A DNA stretch of 64,000 nt from Candidatus Binatia bacterium (GTDB lineage: Bacteria; Desulfobacterota; Binatia; HRBIN30): positions 64,001-128,000 of the forward strand of contig JBBRSP010000007.1 in assembly GCA_038245295.1 (NCBI GenBank). Direction: 5' to 3'. Within the stretch, counting starts at the first letter, position 1. Every line of letters starts with the position of its first letter. Of the stretch, positions 1 through 8,620 are shown piece by piece. A program made the position numbers and the translations under genes. Under the pieces are notes generated by a model, which was not told the DNA's origin, ran no database searches, and saw only the letters and a list, made by a program, of their open reading frames with translations.

Positions 1-702
1 CTGCCGCGTGTCTTCCCAGCGTTCCCCGAGCGCCAGGACTTCGATCTCTTCGCCGCGATGATTCCGGCGCGCGACGTCGGCGGCGACTTCTACGACTACT
101 TCCTCATCACACCGTCACAGCTCGCGCTCGTCATCGCCGACGTCTCCGGCAAGGGTGTCCCTGCCGCCTTGTTCATGGCGGTGAGTCGCACCCTGCTGCG
201 CGCCACGGCGTTGAACGGTCCGTCGCCGGCGGCCTGCCTACGAACCGTAAACCGACTGCTGTGCGCCGAGAACAGTGCTGAGATGTTCGTCAGTCTCTTC
301 TACGGCATCCTCGACACCGACAGCGGCCGCTTCACCTACAGCAACGGCGGCCACAACCCGCCGTTCGTCGTTCGCCGTGGAGCGCCGGCGGTGGCACTGC
401 CGGCCAAACCCGGGTGTGTGCTCGGTGCCATGGATATCGCCACCTATCAGGACGCCACCATCTTGATTGAGCCGCATGACACGCTGCTGCTCTATACGGA
501 CGGCGTCAGCGAAGCGATGAACAGCCGCGACGAGCTTTACGGTGAGGAGCGTTTGCAACAGCTCCTCGGTAGCCCCGTCGACTCACCCCGAGCCCTGATC
601 GACACCATCCTCGCCGATGTCCAACGGCATAGCCTCGATACCGAACAGAGTGATGACATCACTCTGCTGGCCGTCACCTATCGCGGCGGCGGGCATGCCT
701 GA
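1..702 (+). CDS. PP2C/SpoIIE-family serine phosphatase (RsbU-like), 5'-partial
   Basis: Frame open from base 1 (LPRVFPAFPERQDFDLFAAM...). PP2C motifs VGGDFYD, IADVSGKG, NGGHNPP, LYTDGVSEA, SDDITL. Confidence 0.93.
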   Translation: MPRVFPAFPERQDFDLFAAMIPARDVGGDFYDYFLITPSQLALVIADVSGKGVPAALFMAVSRTLLRATALNGPSPAACLRTVNRLLCAENSAEMFVSLFYGILDTDSGRFTYSNGGHNPPFVVRRGAPAVALPAKPGCVLGAMDIATYQDATILIEPHDTLLLYTDGVSEAMNSRDELYGEERLQQLLGSPVDSPRALIDTILADVQRHSLDTEQSDDITLLAVTYRGGGHA

Positions 703-1132
703 GTCCCTTCCACACGATCGGCTGCGTCTGCGCAATCAGCTCGATGAGCTCGATCGACTGCACACGTTCGTGTCGAACTATGGCGAGCAACAGCAGATAG
801 CCGCCGAAGACTCGTTTGCCATAACTTTGGCGCTCGATGAGCTGGTGACCAACGTGATTGTGCATGGCTACGACGATACGGCAGAACACGAAATCCTGAT
901 CGGCCTATGTACGGATGGCGATTCCGTAGTCGTCGAAGTCGAGGACGACGCGCGGCCCTTCGATCCGTCGCAGTCGGTGGCGGTCAATCTCTCGGCCAAT
1001 TTGGAAGAACGCGCCATCGGCGGACTCGGCCTGCACCTCGTGCACCGCACGATGGATCAACTCACGTACCGGCGCGCCGACGGCAAGAATCACCTGCAGT
1101 TGCGCAAGCGCCTGTCGCCCCGCCTCACCTAG
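695..1132 (+). CDS. RsbW/SpoIIAB-like anti-sigma factor Ser/Thr kinase (HATPase_c_2)
   Basis: ATG at 695 overlaps the phosphatase stop. Motifs LALDELVTNVIVHGY, EDDARPFDP, IGGLGLHLV. Confidence 0.9.
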   Translation: MPESLPHDRLRLRNQLDELDRLHTFVSNYGEQQQIAAEDSFAITLALDELVTNVIVHGYDDTAEHEILIGLCTDGDSVVVEVEDDARPFDPSQSVAVNLSANLEERAIGGLGLHLVHRTMDQLTYRRADGKNHLQLRKRLSPRLT

Positions 1133-1167
1133 ACGCGCGCGCCGGGCTGCTGTAGGGGTGCGCCCCT

Positions 1168-2190
1168 GTGATCTCCGCGATGCCAGCAATCCTGCGACGT
1201 CTATGGCTGGGCGTGGCCCTGATCGCCGGGGTCTCGGCCATCTTAGTGGCGTTGGACCCAAAAACTCCGGACCCGAGCAAGGGAGCACCAACCCACAAGA
1301 AGTGGAAGGTGCATATGCTCGCCTTCATCTCCGCCATCGACAGCGAGGAGTGCCAGCGCGGCATGCACGCCGGTCTCGCCGCCTCTCTCAAGGAAGGCGC
1401 GGATTTCGAGGTCGTCGCGCGCAATGCGCAGGGTGACATGCCGACACTGACCAGCCTGGTGGACGCAGCCATCAGCGACGGTGCCGATCTGATCATGACC
1501 CTGTCGACGCCGACGTTGCAGACGGCGATCCAACGCGTGAAGTCGACGCCGATCGTCTTTTCCTTTTCGTCGAACCCGATCGGCGCCGGCGCCGGCAAAA
1601 GTTACACGGATCACCTTCCCAACGTCACGGGTGTGCCGGTGACTGCCGCGTATGAAGAGATGCTGCAGATGATTCGGGAGACGATGCCACAGGCCCACCG
1701 CCTCGGATCATTGCTCGTCCCTTCGGAAGTAAACTCGGTGTTCAACACGGCGCAGCTGAAACAGTTCGCCGAGAAGATGGGTTTCGAGCTGGTGACTGTC
1801 GCGGTGAACTCGAGCTCGGAGATCTCCGACGCGACGTTGGCCTTGCTGGCGACGCCGGTCGACGCCATCTGTCAGGTCCCCAGCAATCTCACCATCACCG
1901 GCATGGCCAGCGTCTCGCGCCCGGCACAACGCGCCCACGTGCCGCTGTTTGGCTTCCTGACGAGTGATGCGACCAACGGTGCTGTCGTCACCGCGGCGCG
2001 CGACTACTTCGAGATGGGTCAGGCCGCCGGAGTCCAGGCGGCCAAGATCATGGGCGGCGCCTCACCGGCGAGTCTACCGTTCGAAGAAGTCGGGGTGACC
2101 CGGATCATCGTCAACAAGAGCGCCGCGCAGGCCGCCGGCATCACCCTCCCGGCCGCCTTGATCGAGCGTGCCGCCAAGGTTCTGGAGTAG
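1168..2190 (+). CDS. ABC transporter substrate-binding protein (ABC_sub_bind, Trp/Tyr-type family), N-terminal membrane anchor
   Basis: Hydrophobic N-terminus, then NAQGDMPTL, PIVFSFSSNPIGAG, NVTGV, PSEVNS, typical of the family. Confidence 0.85.
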   Translation: MISAMPAILRRLWLGVALIAGVSAILVALDPKTPDPSKGAPTHKKWKVHMLAFISAIDSEECQRGMHAGLAASLKEGADFEVVARNAQGDMPTLTSLVDAAISDGADLIMTLSTPTLQTAIQRVKSTPIVFSFSSNPIGAGAGKSYTDHLPNVTGVPVTAAYEEMLQMIRETMPQAHRLGSLLVPSEVNSVFNTAQLKQFAEKMGFELVTVAVNSSSEISDATLALLATPVDAICQVPSNLTITGMASVSRPAQRAHVPLFGFLTSDATNGAVVTAARDYFEMGQAAGVQAAKIMGGASPASLPFEEVGVTRIIVNKSAAQAAGITLPAALIERAAKVLE

Positions 2191-2196
2191 GCGCCG

Positions 2197-3423
2197 ATGG
2201 AGATCACCAAACACGCTGCCGGAGAGTGGTTGGAGCTGACGGCCGTCGGACGCCTCGACGCGTCGTGGGCCGACCACCTGAGCACCGCCATCGACGAGAG
2301 TCTGCAGGCCGGCGGCCACCGCCTGCGCCTCGACATGGCCGGCATCGTGTACATGAGCTCGGCCGGCATCCGCGTGCTGCTGCACTTCCGCAAACAGTTG
2401 CAGAACCTCGGCGGGTCGTTCATTGTCGTGAATCCCTCCGCGTCGGTGCGCAGTGTCTTGGAGATGGTGGGGCTCGACTCACTCTTCGCCGAGGTTGTCG
2501 ATGCTGACGCCAGTGTTGTCGCCGTTGCGCCGCACTCGTCTTACGGCGGTATCGAGCTCGAGGTTCTCGGATCGTTTCCGGCCGACGGCGTCGCCTGTCG
2601 CCTCGTCGGTGATCCGCGCACGTGGCGCGACGACGGATGGACACCGACGGCGCGTGTTCAACTGCAACGCTCGCTGTTGAGTCTTGGCGTCGGCGCGCTC
2701 GGCGACGCGTCGGAGGACAGTGACGGCCGCTTGGGAGAGTTCCTCGGCGTCGCCGGTGCCGCGGCGTATCTCCCGGGCGACGGCACCGGTGTGCCGGACT
2801 ATGTGGTTACTGCCGGGAGCTTGGTGCCGGAGGTGCACGTCCTCTATGCCGCGGTCTGCGACATGAGCGCGGCCCCGCTGCTGCGCTTCGAAGCGCCCCC
2901 TACCGCGGGCGCATTGGGTTTGAACGCCCTGATGGAAGCTTGCCTCGCGGCGAGTGGCGCACCGCTGGCGGCGATCGCCATGGTCGCGGAATCGGCAGGC
3001 CTGATGGGCGCGGCGTTGCGCCATCCGCCGACGCCGACGGCGGACGGTGCCTTCTCGTTTCACTTTCCGGAGGTGCGGCAGTGGCTGTCCTTCGCTCCGG
3101 AACGTGTGCACGCGCGCAGTGTCGCGCTCGTCGTTGGTTTCATTGGACGAGGTGACAAGGGTCCGCTGGCGACCTTCCTGCGTCCGATGAGCAGCTCGTC
3201 AGACTTGACCGGCCACTTTCACGGTGCCGCTTTCGGCTACCGCCCGTTGCGCAAGGGTCGCATCGACCTGAGCACCACGGTGGCGGGCTTGTTCGACGAC
3301 GGCGCACCATTGGGGATCCTGCATTTGCTGAATGATGATCGTCCAATCGTCGGCAGCGGCGAGAGCTTGTTCGTGCGCGGCGCCTGTTGGGTCGTGCCGA
3401 TCGGGGGCGTCGATGTCGGCTAA
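2197..3423 (+). CDS. STAS (anti-sigma factor antagonist) domain fused to a ~290-aa unassigned C-terminal domain
   Basis: N-terminal GRLDA...LDMAGIVYMSSAGIRVL...VRSVLEMVGL STAS signature with the phospho-acceptor Ser. Confidence 0.85.
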   Translation: MEITKHAAGEWLELTAVGRLDASWADHLSTAIDESLQAGGHRLRLDMAGIVYMSSAGIRVLLHFRKQLQNLGGSFIVVNPSASVRSVLEMVGLDSLFAEVVDADASVVAVAPHSSYGGIELEVLGSFPADGVACRLVGDPRTWRDDGWTPTARVQLQRSLLSLGVGALGDASEDSDGRLGEFLGVAGAAAYLPGDGTGVPDYVVTAGSLVPEVHVLYAAVCDMSAAPLLRFEAPPTAGALGLNALMEACLAASGAPLAAIAMVAESAGLMGAALRHPPTPTADGAFSFHFPEVRQWLSFAPERVHARSVALVVGFIGRGDKGPLATFLRPMSSSSDLTGHFHGAAFGYRPLRKGRIDLSTTVAGLFDDGAPLGILHLLNDDRPIVGSGESLFVRGACWVVPIGGVDVG

Positions 3424-3451
3424 GCTTCCCATGCGGGATGGAAGGCAAGCG

Positions 3452-3508
3452 CCCCCTCTCCCGCATCAAGCGAAATCGTCGACGGCGGGAGAGGGTCGGG
3501 GCGAGGGT
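3452..3508. repeat. REP-like palindrome, CCCTCTCCC...GGGAGAGGG family (copy A)
   Basis: CCCCCTCTCCCGC...GCGGGAGAGGGTCGGGGCGAGGG; related copies at 8534, 48074, 51476, 59719. Confidence 0.75.
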
Positions 3509-3543
3509 GAGCGGGTCTTCACCTTGGCGGAAGGCGGCCTGCG

Positions 3544-4503
3544 ATGTCCAAAGGGAGGGGTCCTGCCTTGACCCTCATGCTCGGCGCCTGGACCGTCGGC
3601 CTGATCCTCTCGCTTCTGGCGCTGGGAGTGTTCATCAGTTTCCGCGTCTTCAAATTCGCCGACATCACCACCGAAGGCTCGATCACGATTGGCGCCGCGA
3701 CGGTGGCCGTACTGCTGACACACGGCGTTTCGCCGATGCTGGCCACACTTGCCGGATTCATGGCGGGTGCCGTCGCCGGCGCATTCACCGGCGTGTTGCA
3801 CACACGCTTCGGCATCAATGGCTTATTGTCGGGCATCATCGTCATGACGGCGTTGTACTCGATCAACCTGCGCATCATGGGGCAGAGCAACATTCCGCTG
3901 CTCAACGCGCGCACCATCGTCAGCGATGGTGAAGATCTCGGCCACTGGCTGTTCCGCGGCGCCGACCACGTCGCCGTCCTCGGATGGTCGGTGCCGGTAC
4001 GTGAAGTTTTCATCCTGGCGCTGGTGTTGGCGTTTGTCGTGTTCACCACGGGGCTACTATTCGCCTTCCTGCGCACCAACCTCGGCACGGCGATGCGCGC
4101 CACCGGCGACAACGACCAGATGATCACCGCCCTTGGTGTCGATACACGCAACATGATCACCCTCGGACTGGCGCTGGCGAATGGTCTGGTCGGATTGGCG
4201 GGAGCGCTGATCGCCCAGTATCAGGGCTTCGCCGACGTGCAGATGGGTATCGGCATGGTGGTGTGGGGACTCGCCAGCGTCATCATCGGCGAGGCGTTGG
4301 TCGGCACCAAGCAACTCGGTTTCATTCTCATCGGCACGGTCATGGGCTCGGTTCTGTTTCGCCTCCTGGTCGCCGTCGCGTTGCGCGCCGGGTTGAACCC
4401 CAACGACCTGAAGCTGATCACGGCGTTGTTTGTCTTCGCCGCCCTGGTGCTGCCCGGCGTAGTGGCCTGGCGGCCGCGCAAACGGAGCACTGCCGATGCT
4501 TGA
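3544..4503 (+). CDS. ABC transporter permease (BPD_transp_2-like)
   Basis: Multi-TM; ADITTEGS, ALYSINLRIMG, GTAMRATGDN, QYQGFADVQMGIG. Start uncertain. Confidence 0.9.
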   Translation: MSKGRGPALTLMLGAWTVGLILSLLALGVFISFRVFKFADITTEGSITIGAATVAVLLTHGVSPMLATLAGFMAGAVAGAFTGVLHTRFGINGLLSGIIVMTALYSINLRIMGQSNIPLLNARTIVSDGEDLGHWLFRGADHVAVLGWSVPVREVFILALVLAFVVFTTGLLFAFLRTNLGTAMRATGDNDQMITALGVDTRNMITLGLALANGLVGLAGALIAQYQGFADVQMGIGMVVWGLASVIIGEALVGTKQLGFILIGTVMGSVLFRLLVAVALRAGLNPNDLKLITALFVFAALVLPGVVAWRPRKRSTADA

Positions 4504-5308
4504 GTTGCGGCACATCACCAAAACCTTCCACGCCGGAACGCCGAACGAGGTGCGGGCGCTGCGGGGCGTCGACCTGGTCATCGAGGAAGGCAGCTTCGTC
4601 ATCGTCATCGGCACCAACGGCTCGGGGAAGTCGACGTTGCTCAACGCCGTCGCCGGCAGCTTTTTCGTCGACTCCGGCAAGATCATTCTCGCGGCGCACG
4701 ACATCACGCATCGGCGCGAGCACGCGCGGGCGTCGTTCATCGGACGCGTCTTCCAGAATCCGTTCAGCGGCACGGCGCCCGACATGACCATCGCCGAGAA
4801 CCTCGCCCTGGCGGCGCAACGCGGCCAGCGCCGCGGCCTCGGCTGGGCCCTATCCGGCCGCTTCCGCGACGAGCAGCGCGACCGCATCCGCAACCTCGGC
4901 ATGGGATTGGAGGACCGCGTCGATAATGTCATCGGCAGCCTCTCCGGCGGCCAGCGACAGGCACTGACCTTACTCATGGCAACCTGGCTGCGGCCACAGC
5001 TCCTCTTGCTCGACGAGCACACAGCAGCACTCGACCCCAAAAGCGCCGAGCAGGTGATCCGCCTGAGTGAGGCAATCGTCGCACGTGATCGACTGACGAC
5101 GTTGATGGTCACCCACTCCATGCAGCAAGCCACCGCCCTCGGCGATCGCCTGGTGATGATGTACCAGGGCCGCGTCTTGCATGACTTCTCCGGCGCCGAG
5201 AAACAGCGCCTGCGCCCCGAAGATCTCATGGCGCGCTTCGAGGAAGTGCGGCGGACTGAGCAACTCGATGAGTCGGCGGCCGATCTGTTGCGCCGCACGT
5301 ACGTTTAG
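4496..5308 (+). CDS. ABC transporter ATP-binding protein
   Basis: Walker A GTNGSGKST, signature LSGGQRQ, Walker B LLLLDEH, H-loop VTH. Confidence 0.95.
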   Translation: MLELRHITKTFHAGTPNEVRALRGVDLVIEEGSFVIVIGTNGSGKSTLLNAVAGSFFVDSGKIILAAHDITHRREHARASFIGRVFQNPFSGTAPDMTIAENLALAAQRGQRRGLGWALSGRFRDEQRDRIRNLGMGLEDRVDNVIGSLSGGQRQALTLLMATWLRPQLLLLDEHTAALDPKSAEQVIRLSEAIVARDRLTTLMVTHSMQQATALGDRLVMMYQGRVLHDFSGAEKQRLRPEDLMARFEEVRRTEQLDESAADLLRRTYV

Positions 5309-5318
5309 GGAGAACAAC

Positions 5319-5996
5319 ATGAACGGCACTGACATCCAGTACACCACCCGAAACCACGAGACGTTCGACGGCTATCTCACCGCGCCGGCCGGCAACGCCA
5401 AGGCGCCCGGCATCCTGCTGATCACCGCCATCTTCGGCGTCGATCAGGAGATGCGCGAACTAGCCGACGCCTGGGCGGCCGACGGGTTCGTCGTCTCCGT
5501 GCCCGACATTTTCTGGCGCCAGATTCCTGGGCCGACGGCAGACATCAATGTGGCATTCGACCGCTACGGCAAGTTCGATCCGGTGCAAGGCATGCTCGAC
5601 ATCGAGGACCTGGTGCGTGATCTGAAGGCGCAGCCGCGCTGCAGCGGTAAGGTAGCGATCCTCGGCTTCTGTTTCGGCGGCCGCTACGCGCTGCTGAGTG
5701 CAGCCCGCCTCGACGTCGACGCTGCCGCCTCCTTCCACGGCGCCGGGATGGGCCAGCACCTCGATGAGGTCGACAAGATCACCTGCCCGGTGAGCTTCCA
5801 TTTCGGCGACGACGACCCGGTGGTGCCCATGGCAGAAGTCGAAGCCATTCAGAAAGCATTCGCGGGCCGCGCCAACGCCGATGTTGGTGTCTACGCAACC
5901 GGCCACAACTTCGCGATGCCGCACAAGGACGGCTACAACGCCGCCGCGGCGAAGGAGGCGCGTGAGCGGACGCTGCGCTGCTTCAAGTCGATGTGA
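5319..5996 (+). CDS. Dienelactone hydrolase family protein
   Basis: GFCFGG nucleophile elbow, FGDDDPVV, GHNF; RBS GGGAG before ATG 5319. Confidence 0.88.
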   Translation: MNGTDIQYTTRNHETFDGYLTAPAGNAKAPGILLITAIFGVDQEMRELADAWAADGFVVSVPDIFWRQIPGPTADINVAFDRYGKFDPVQGMLDIEDLVRDLKAQPRCSGKVAILGFCFGGRYALLSAARLDVDAAASFHGAGMGQHLDEVDKITCPVSFHFGDDDPVVPMAEVEAIQKAFAGRANADVGVYATGHNFAMPHKDGYNAAAAKEARERTLRCFKSM

Positions 5997-6008
5997 GGCA
6001 GATCCTCG

Positions 6009-6130
6009 TCTCGCGCCAAGGCGCCAGGTAAAATGGCTATGCGGCGTTCCTTCTTGATGGACTCAACACCATCCGTGTTTATCCGTGTAATCCGAGGTTG
6101 CGCATTGCGTCTTGGCGTCTTGGCGTGAGA
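6009..6130. repeat. Short tandem/inverted repeat patch
   Basis: TCTCGCGCCAAGGCGCCAG (6009) is an inverted copy of CTTGGCGTCTTGGCGTGAGA (~6111-6130). They enclose ATCCGTGTTTATCCGTGTAATCCG; a similar motif lies at ~62678-62695. Confidence 0.6.
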
Positions 6131-6187
6131 ACTTCTTGACGTGTGCGAGTCCTGGTTGTTCCCAACGATGTTTACCTGGAGGCCCCG

Positions 6188-6559
6188 ATGGTCCAACTCA
6201 AACCCCTCGACGCAACGGTACCGATCTTCCAGCAGCTGAGCTCGGACGTATCACCGGTCGTCCTCGTCAATCTGTTTCACGTCGCCGAAGGCGACATCCC
6301 CGCTCTGCTCGAGGCCTGGGAGGCCGACGCCAACTGGATGAAGCAACAACCTGGCTACATCTCGACGCAGCTGCATCAAGGCATTGCCGGCAGCACGGTG
6401 TTCATGAACTACGCGGTGTGGGAATCCGTCGCCCACTTTCGCGCGGCGTTCAATCATCCGGAATTCAAGAAGGCACTGGAGCACTACCCGTCGTCCGCCG
6501 TGGCGTCGCCGCATCTCTTCACACGGCTGACGGTGCCGAATCTTTGCGTCGGGCCATAA
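6188..6559 (+). CDS. Antibiotic biosynthesis monooxygenase (ABM) domain protein
   Basis: MKQQPGYISTQLHQGIAGS, NYAVWESVAHFRAAF; RBS GGAGG. Confidence 0.88.
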   Translation: MVQLKPLDATVPIFQQLSSDVSPVVLVNLFHVAEGDIPALLEAWEADANWMKQQPGYISTQLHQGIAGSTVFMNYAVWESVAHFRAAFNHPEFKKALEHYPSSAVASPHLFTRLTVPNLCVGP

Positions 6560-6561
6560 GG

Positions 6562-6760
6562 AGACTGCCTCAAAACCTGGGGGCCGGCTTCGACAAGCCC
6601 ATGGTTCGACGAGCTCACCACGAGCGGATGCTTGGTTGATTTTAAAGACAGTTTTCCCGCTCGCCTTGAGCCCCGCTCATCCTGAGCTGGCTTTGCACGT
6701 AACTTCGACGAGCAGAGCTTGTCGAAGGACGAAGGGTGAGCCAATGTTTTGAGACACCCT
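6562..6760. mobile_element. MITE (199 bp) with 15-bp imperfect TIRs and 4-bp target duplication, containing nested REP-like palindromes
   Basis: Left end AGACTGCCTCAAAAC, right end GTTTTGAGACACCCT (12/15 inverted match). AAGG flanks both sides (6558-6561, 6761-6764). Confidence 0.7.
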
Positions 6761-6822
6761 AAGGGCCACGCCTGACGACGCAGGCGACGTCGCGGACGCA
6801 GGCGCAGGCGGGCGATGACGGA

Positions 6823-7905
6823 TCAGTCGAAGCGGTAGAGATCTTTACAGTTCGTCACGGTGACACGCTCAACCAGCGCCGCATCGAGTCCGTGGAATGC
6901 CTTTTCAATCGCCTGGCGCGAGAACGGGAAGGTACTGTCGGGATGAGGATAGTCGGAGGCCCACATGCAGTTCTCGGCGCCGACGAGGGGAATGAGCTGC
7001 GGGCCGAAGGCTTCTTCCTCGAACGTCGCGAAGACCTGTCGGCGGAACAGCTCGCTCGGCTTGGTCTTGATCCGATAGTCGCTCGCCTTGGGGGTGTGTT
7101 TCTCGAACATCTGGTCCATGCGGGCGATGAAGTACGGCAGCCAGCCGATGCCGCATTCGGCGAGCACCAGGCGTAGCTCGGGATTACGCTCCAGCGGTCC
7201 GGCGAAGATCATCATCGCCAGCGGCTCGTCCATGTTCATCGGTGTCACCGTCGCCCACGCCGCCAACTCCCAGCCGCCCCACGACACGGCAAGACGCGAG
7301 GTGCCGCCGCCGATGTGAAAACTGATCGGCAGGCATGTCGACGCAGCGGCTTCCCAGAATGGCTCCCAGGCAGGATCAGCGGGCAAGAACTCGAACGGGC
7401 TGATGATGGCGCCGCGATGTCCGGCCGCCGCCACCCGCTCGAGCTCGGCGATTGCCGCCTGCGGCGTATGGGTTGGCAGCACGGGCAGCGCACACAAGCG
7501 ACCACCGCTGCGTTGATGAAACTCGAGACCCCAGTCGTTGTAGGCCGCCAGCGACGCGGCCTTGAGCTCGGGATCGGCGATTGGCAGGCCGAGCAGATTT
7601 GGTCCGTAGATCACCGATGCGAATACTCCATCGCGTTCCATATCGGCGAGACGCAGCTCCGGGTTCGAGGCGTGGAAGCCATCGTCTTCGATGCCCGCGC
7701 GGGTGATGGCACTGAGGTCCTTCATCATGCGCATGCCGTGTGGACCCATCACCGAGCCATCACAGCTCCACCACAGGGAGCCATTCATCTCGACCACACG
7801 CGGGCCGCGTTCGCGCCACTTCGAGGGCAGGCGTGCTTCCCAGACATCACGCGGTAGGTTCCACAGATCGAGATGATCGTCGCAGGAGTACAGTCGCTGA
7901 GTCAT
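6823..7905 (-). CDS. Amidohydrolase_2 family metal-dependent hydrolase
   Basis: SCDDH, ISFHIGG, VLAECGIGWLP, MWASDYPHPDS. Confidence 0.9.
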   Translation of the reverse strand: MTQRLYSCDDHLDLWNLPRDVWEARLPSKWRERGPRVVEMNGSLWWSCDGSVMGPHGMRMMKDLSAITRAGIEDDGFHASNPELRLADMERDGVFASVIYGPNLLGLPIADPELKAASLAAYNDWGLEFHQRSGGRLCALPVLPTHTPQAAIAELERVAAAGHRGAIISPFEFLPADPAWEPFWEAAASTCLPISFHIGGGTSRLAVSWGGWELAAWATVTPMNMDEPLAMMIFAGPLERNPELRLVLAECGIGWLPYFIARMDQMFEKHTPKASDYRIKTKPSELFRRQVFATFEEEAFGPQLIPLVGAENCMWASDYPHPDSTFPFSRQAIEKAFHGLDAALVERVTVTNCKDLYRFD

Positions 7906-7958
7906 GGGTGGTTAGTACCATCGCGGCGGCGCGCACGTCTACGTTTGTTGCGAGGCGG

Positions 7959-8004
7959 AGGGTACAGGGTACGGGGTACAGGGTACGGTCGAACCCTGCA
8001 CCCC
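7959..8004. repeat. Heptamer tandem repeat (RGGGTAC x4) with partial inverted arm
   Basis: AGGGTAC AGGGTAC GGGGTAC AGGGTAC followed by ACCCTGCACCCC. Confidence 0.7.
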
Positions 8005-8085
8005 AGCTCTTTGTAGGTGCCCGTGGGCCATGGCACCGTGCTAGTGGATAGCGTGAAGGCCGGCTCGGAGCCGCGAGAGGAACAA

Positions 8086-8529
8086 ATGCTGAAAACCATC
8101 AGGATCAGTGCCGCGACGTTCGTCGTCGTCTTCGTGCTGGCGCAGGCCATTCGCATCAACACCGTGAACCCGCGCGTCGACGGAGACATCGCGGCGCCGC
8201 CGGCGGTCGCCAAGCTGTTGCGCGGCGCCTGTTACGACTGCCATTCCAACGAAACGGTATGGCCGTGGTACAGCCAGGTCGCGCCGATCTCCTGGCTGCT
8301 GTCCAGCGACGTCGACGAAGGACGACGCGAGCTCAACTTCTCGGCCTGGAGCACGTACGATCCGAAACGGCAGGCCAAGAAGCTACGCGAGACGGCGAAG
8401 GAGATCGACGAGAACGACATGCCGCCCTGGTACTACGTCCTGGCTCACGCCGACGCCAAGCTGTCGGACGCTGAGCGTGCAACGCTGCGCGCCTGGGCGG
8501 TCGACGAGGCAGGCAAGCTGCCGAAGTGA
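8086..8529 (+). CDS. Haem-binding domain (Haem_bd) c-type cytochrome
   Basis: Signal/TM N-terminus, CYDCH haem motif, WPWYSQVAPISWL, MPPWYY; RBS GAGG. Confidence 0.88.
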   Translation: MLKTIRISAATFVVVFVLAQAIRINTVNPRVDGDIAAPPAVAKLLRGACYDCHSNETVWPWYSQVAPISWLLSSDVDEGRRELNFSAWSTYDPKRQAKKLRETAKEIDENDMPPWYYVLAHADAKLSDAERATLRAWAVDEAGKLPK

Positions 8530-8533
8530 CTGG

Positions 8534-8578
8534 CCCCCTCTCCCACCACCAGGCTTGCATTCACGGTGGGCGAGGGAG
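8534..8578. repeat. REP-like palindrome, CCCTCTCCC family (copy B)
   Basis: CCCCCTCTCCCACC...GGTGGGCGAGGGAG. Confidence 0.65.
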
Positions 8579-8620
8579 CACCTTTGAATCTGGATCGCCC
8601 TGGGTGAGAGAGTCGAGACC

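Noticed and set aside
8030..8048. TGGCACCGTGCTAGT as a sigma54 promoter for the haem-binding gene
   Set aside because: The -12 element reads GT rather than GC.
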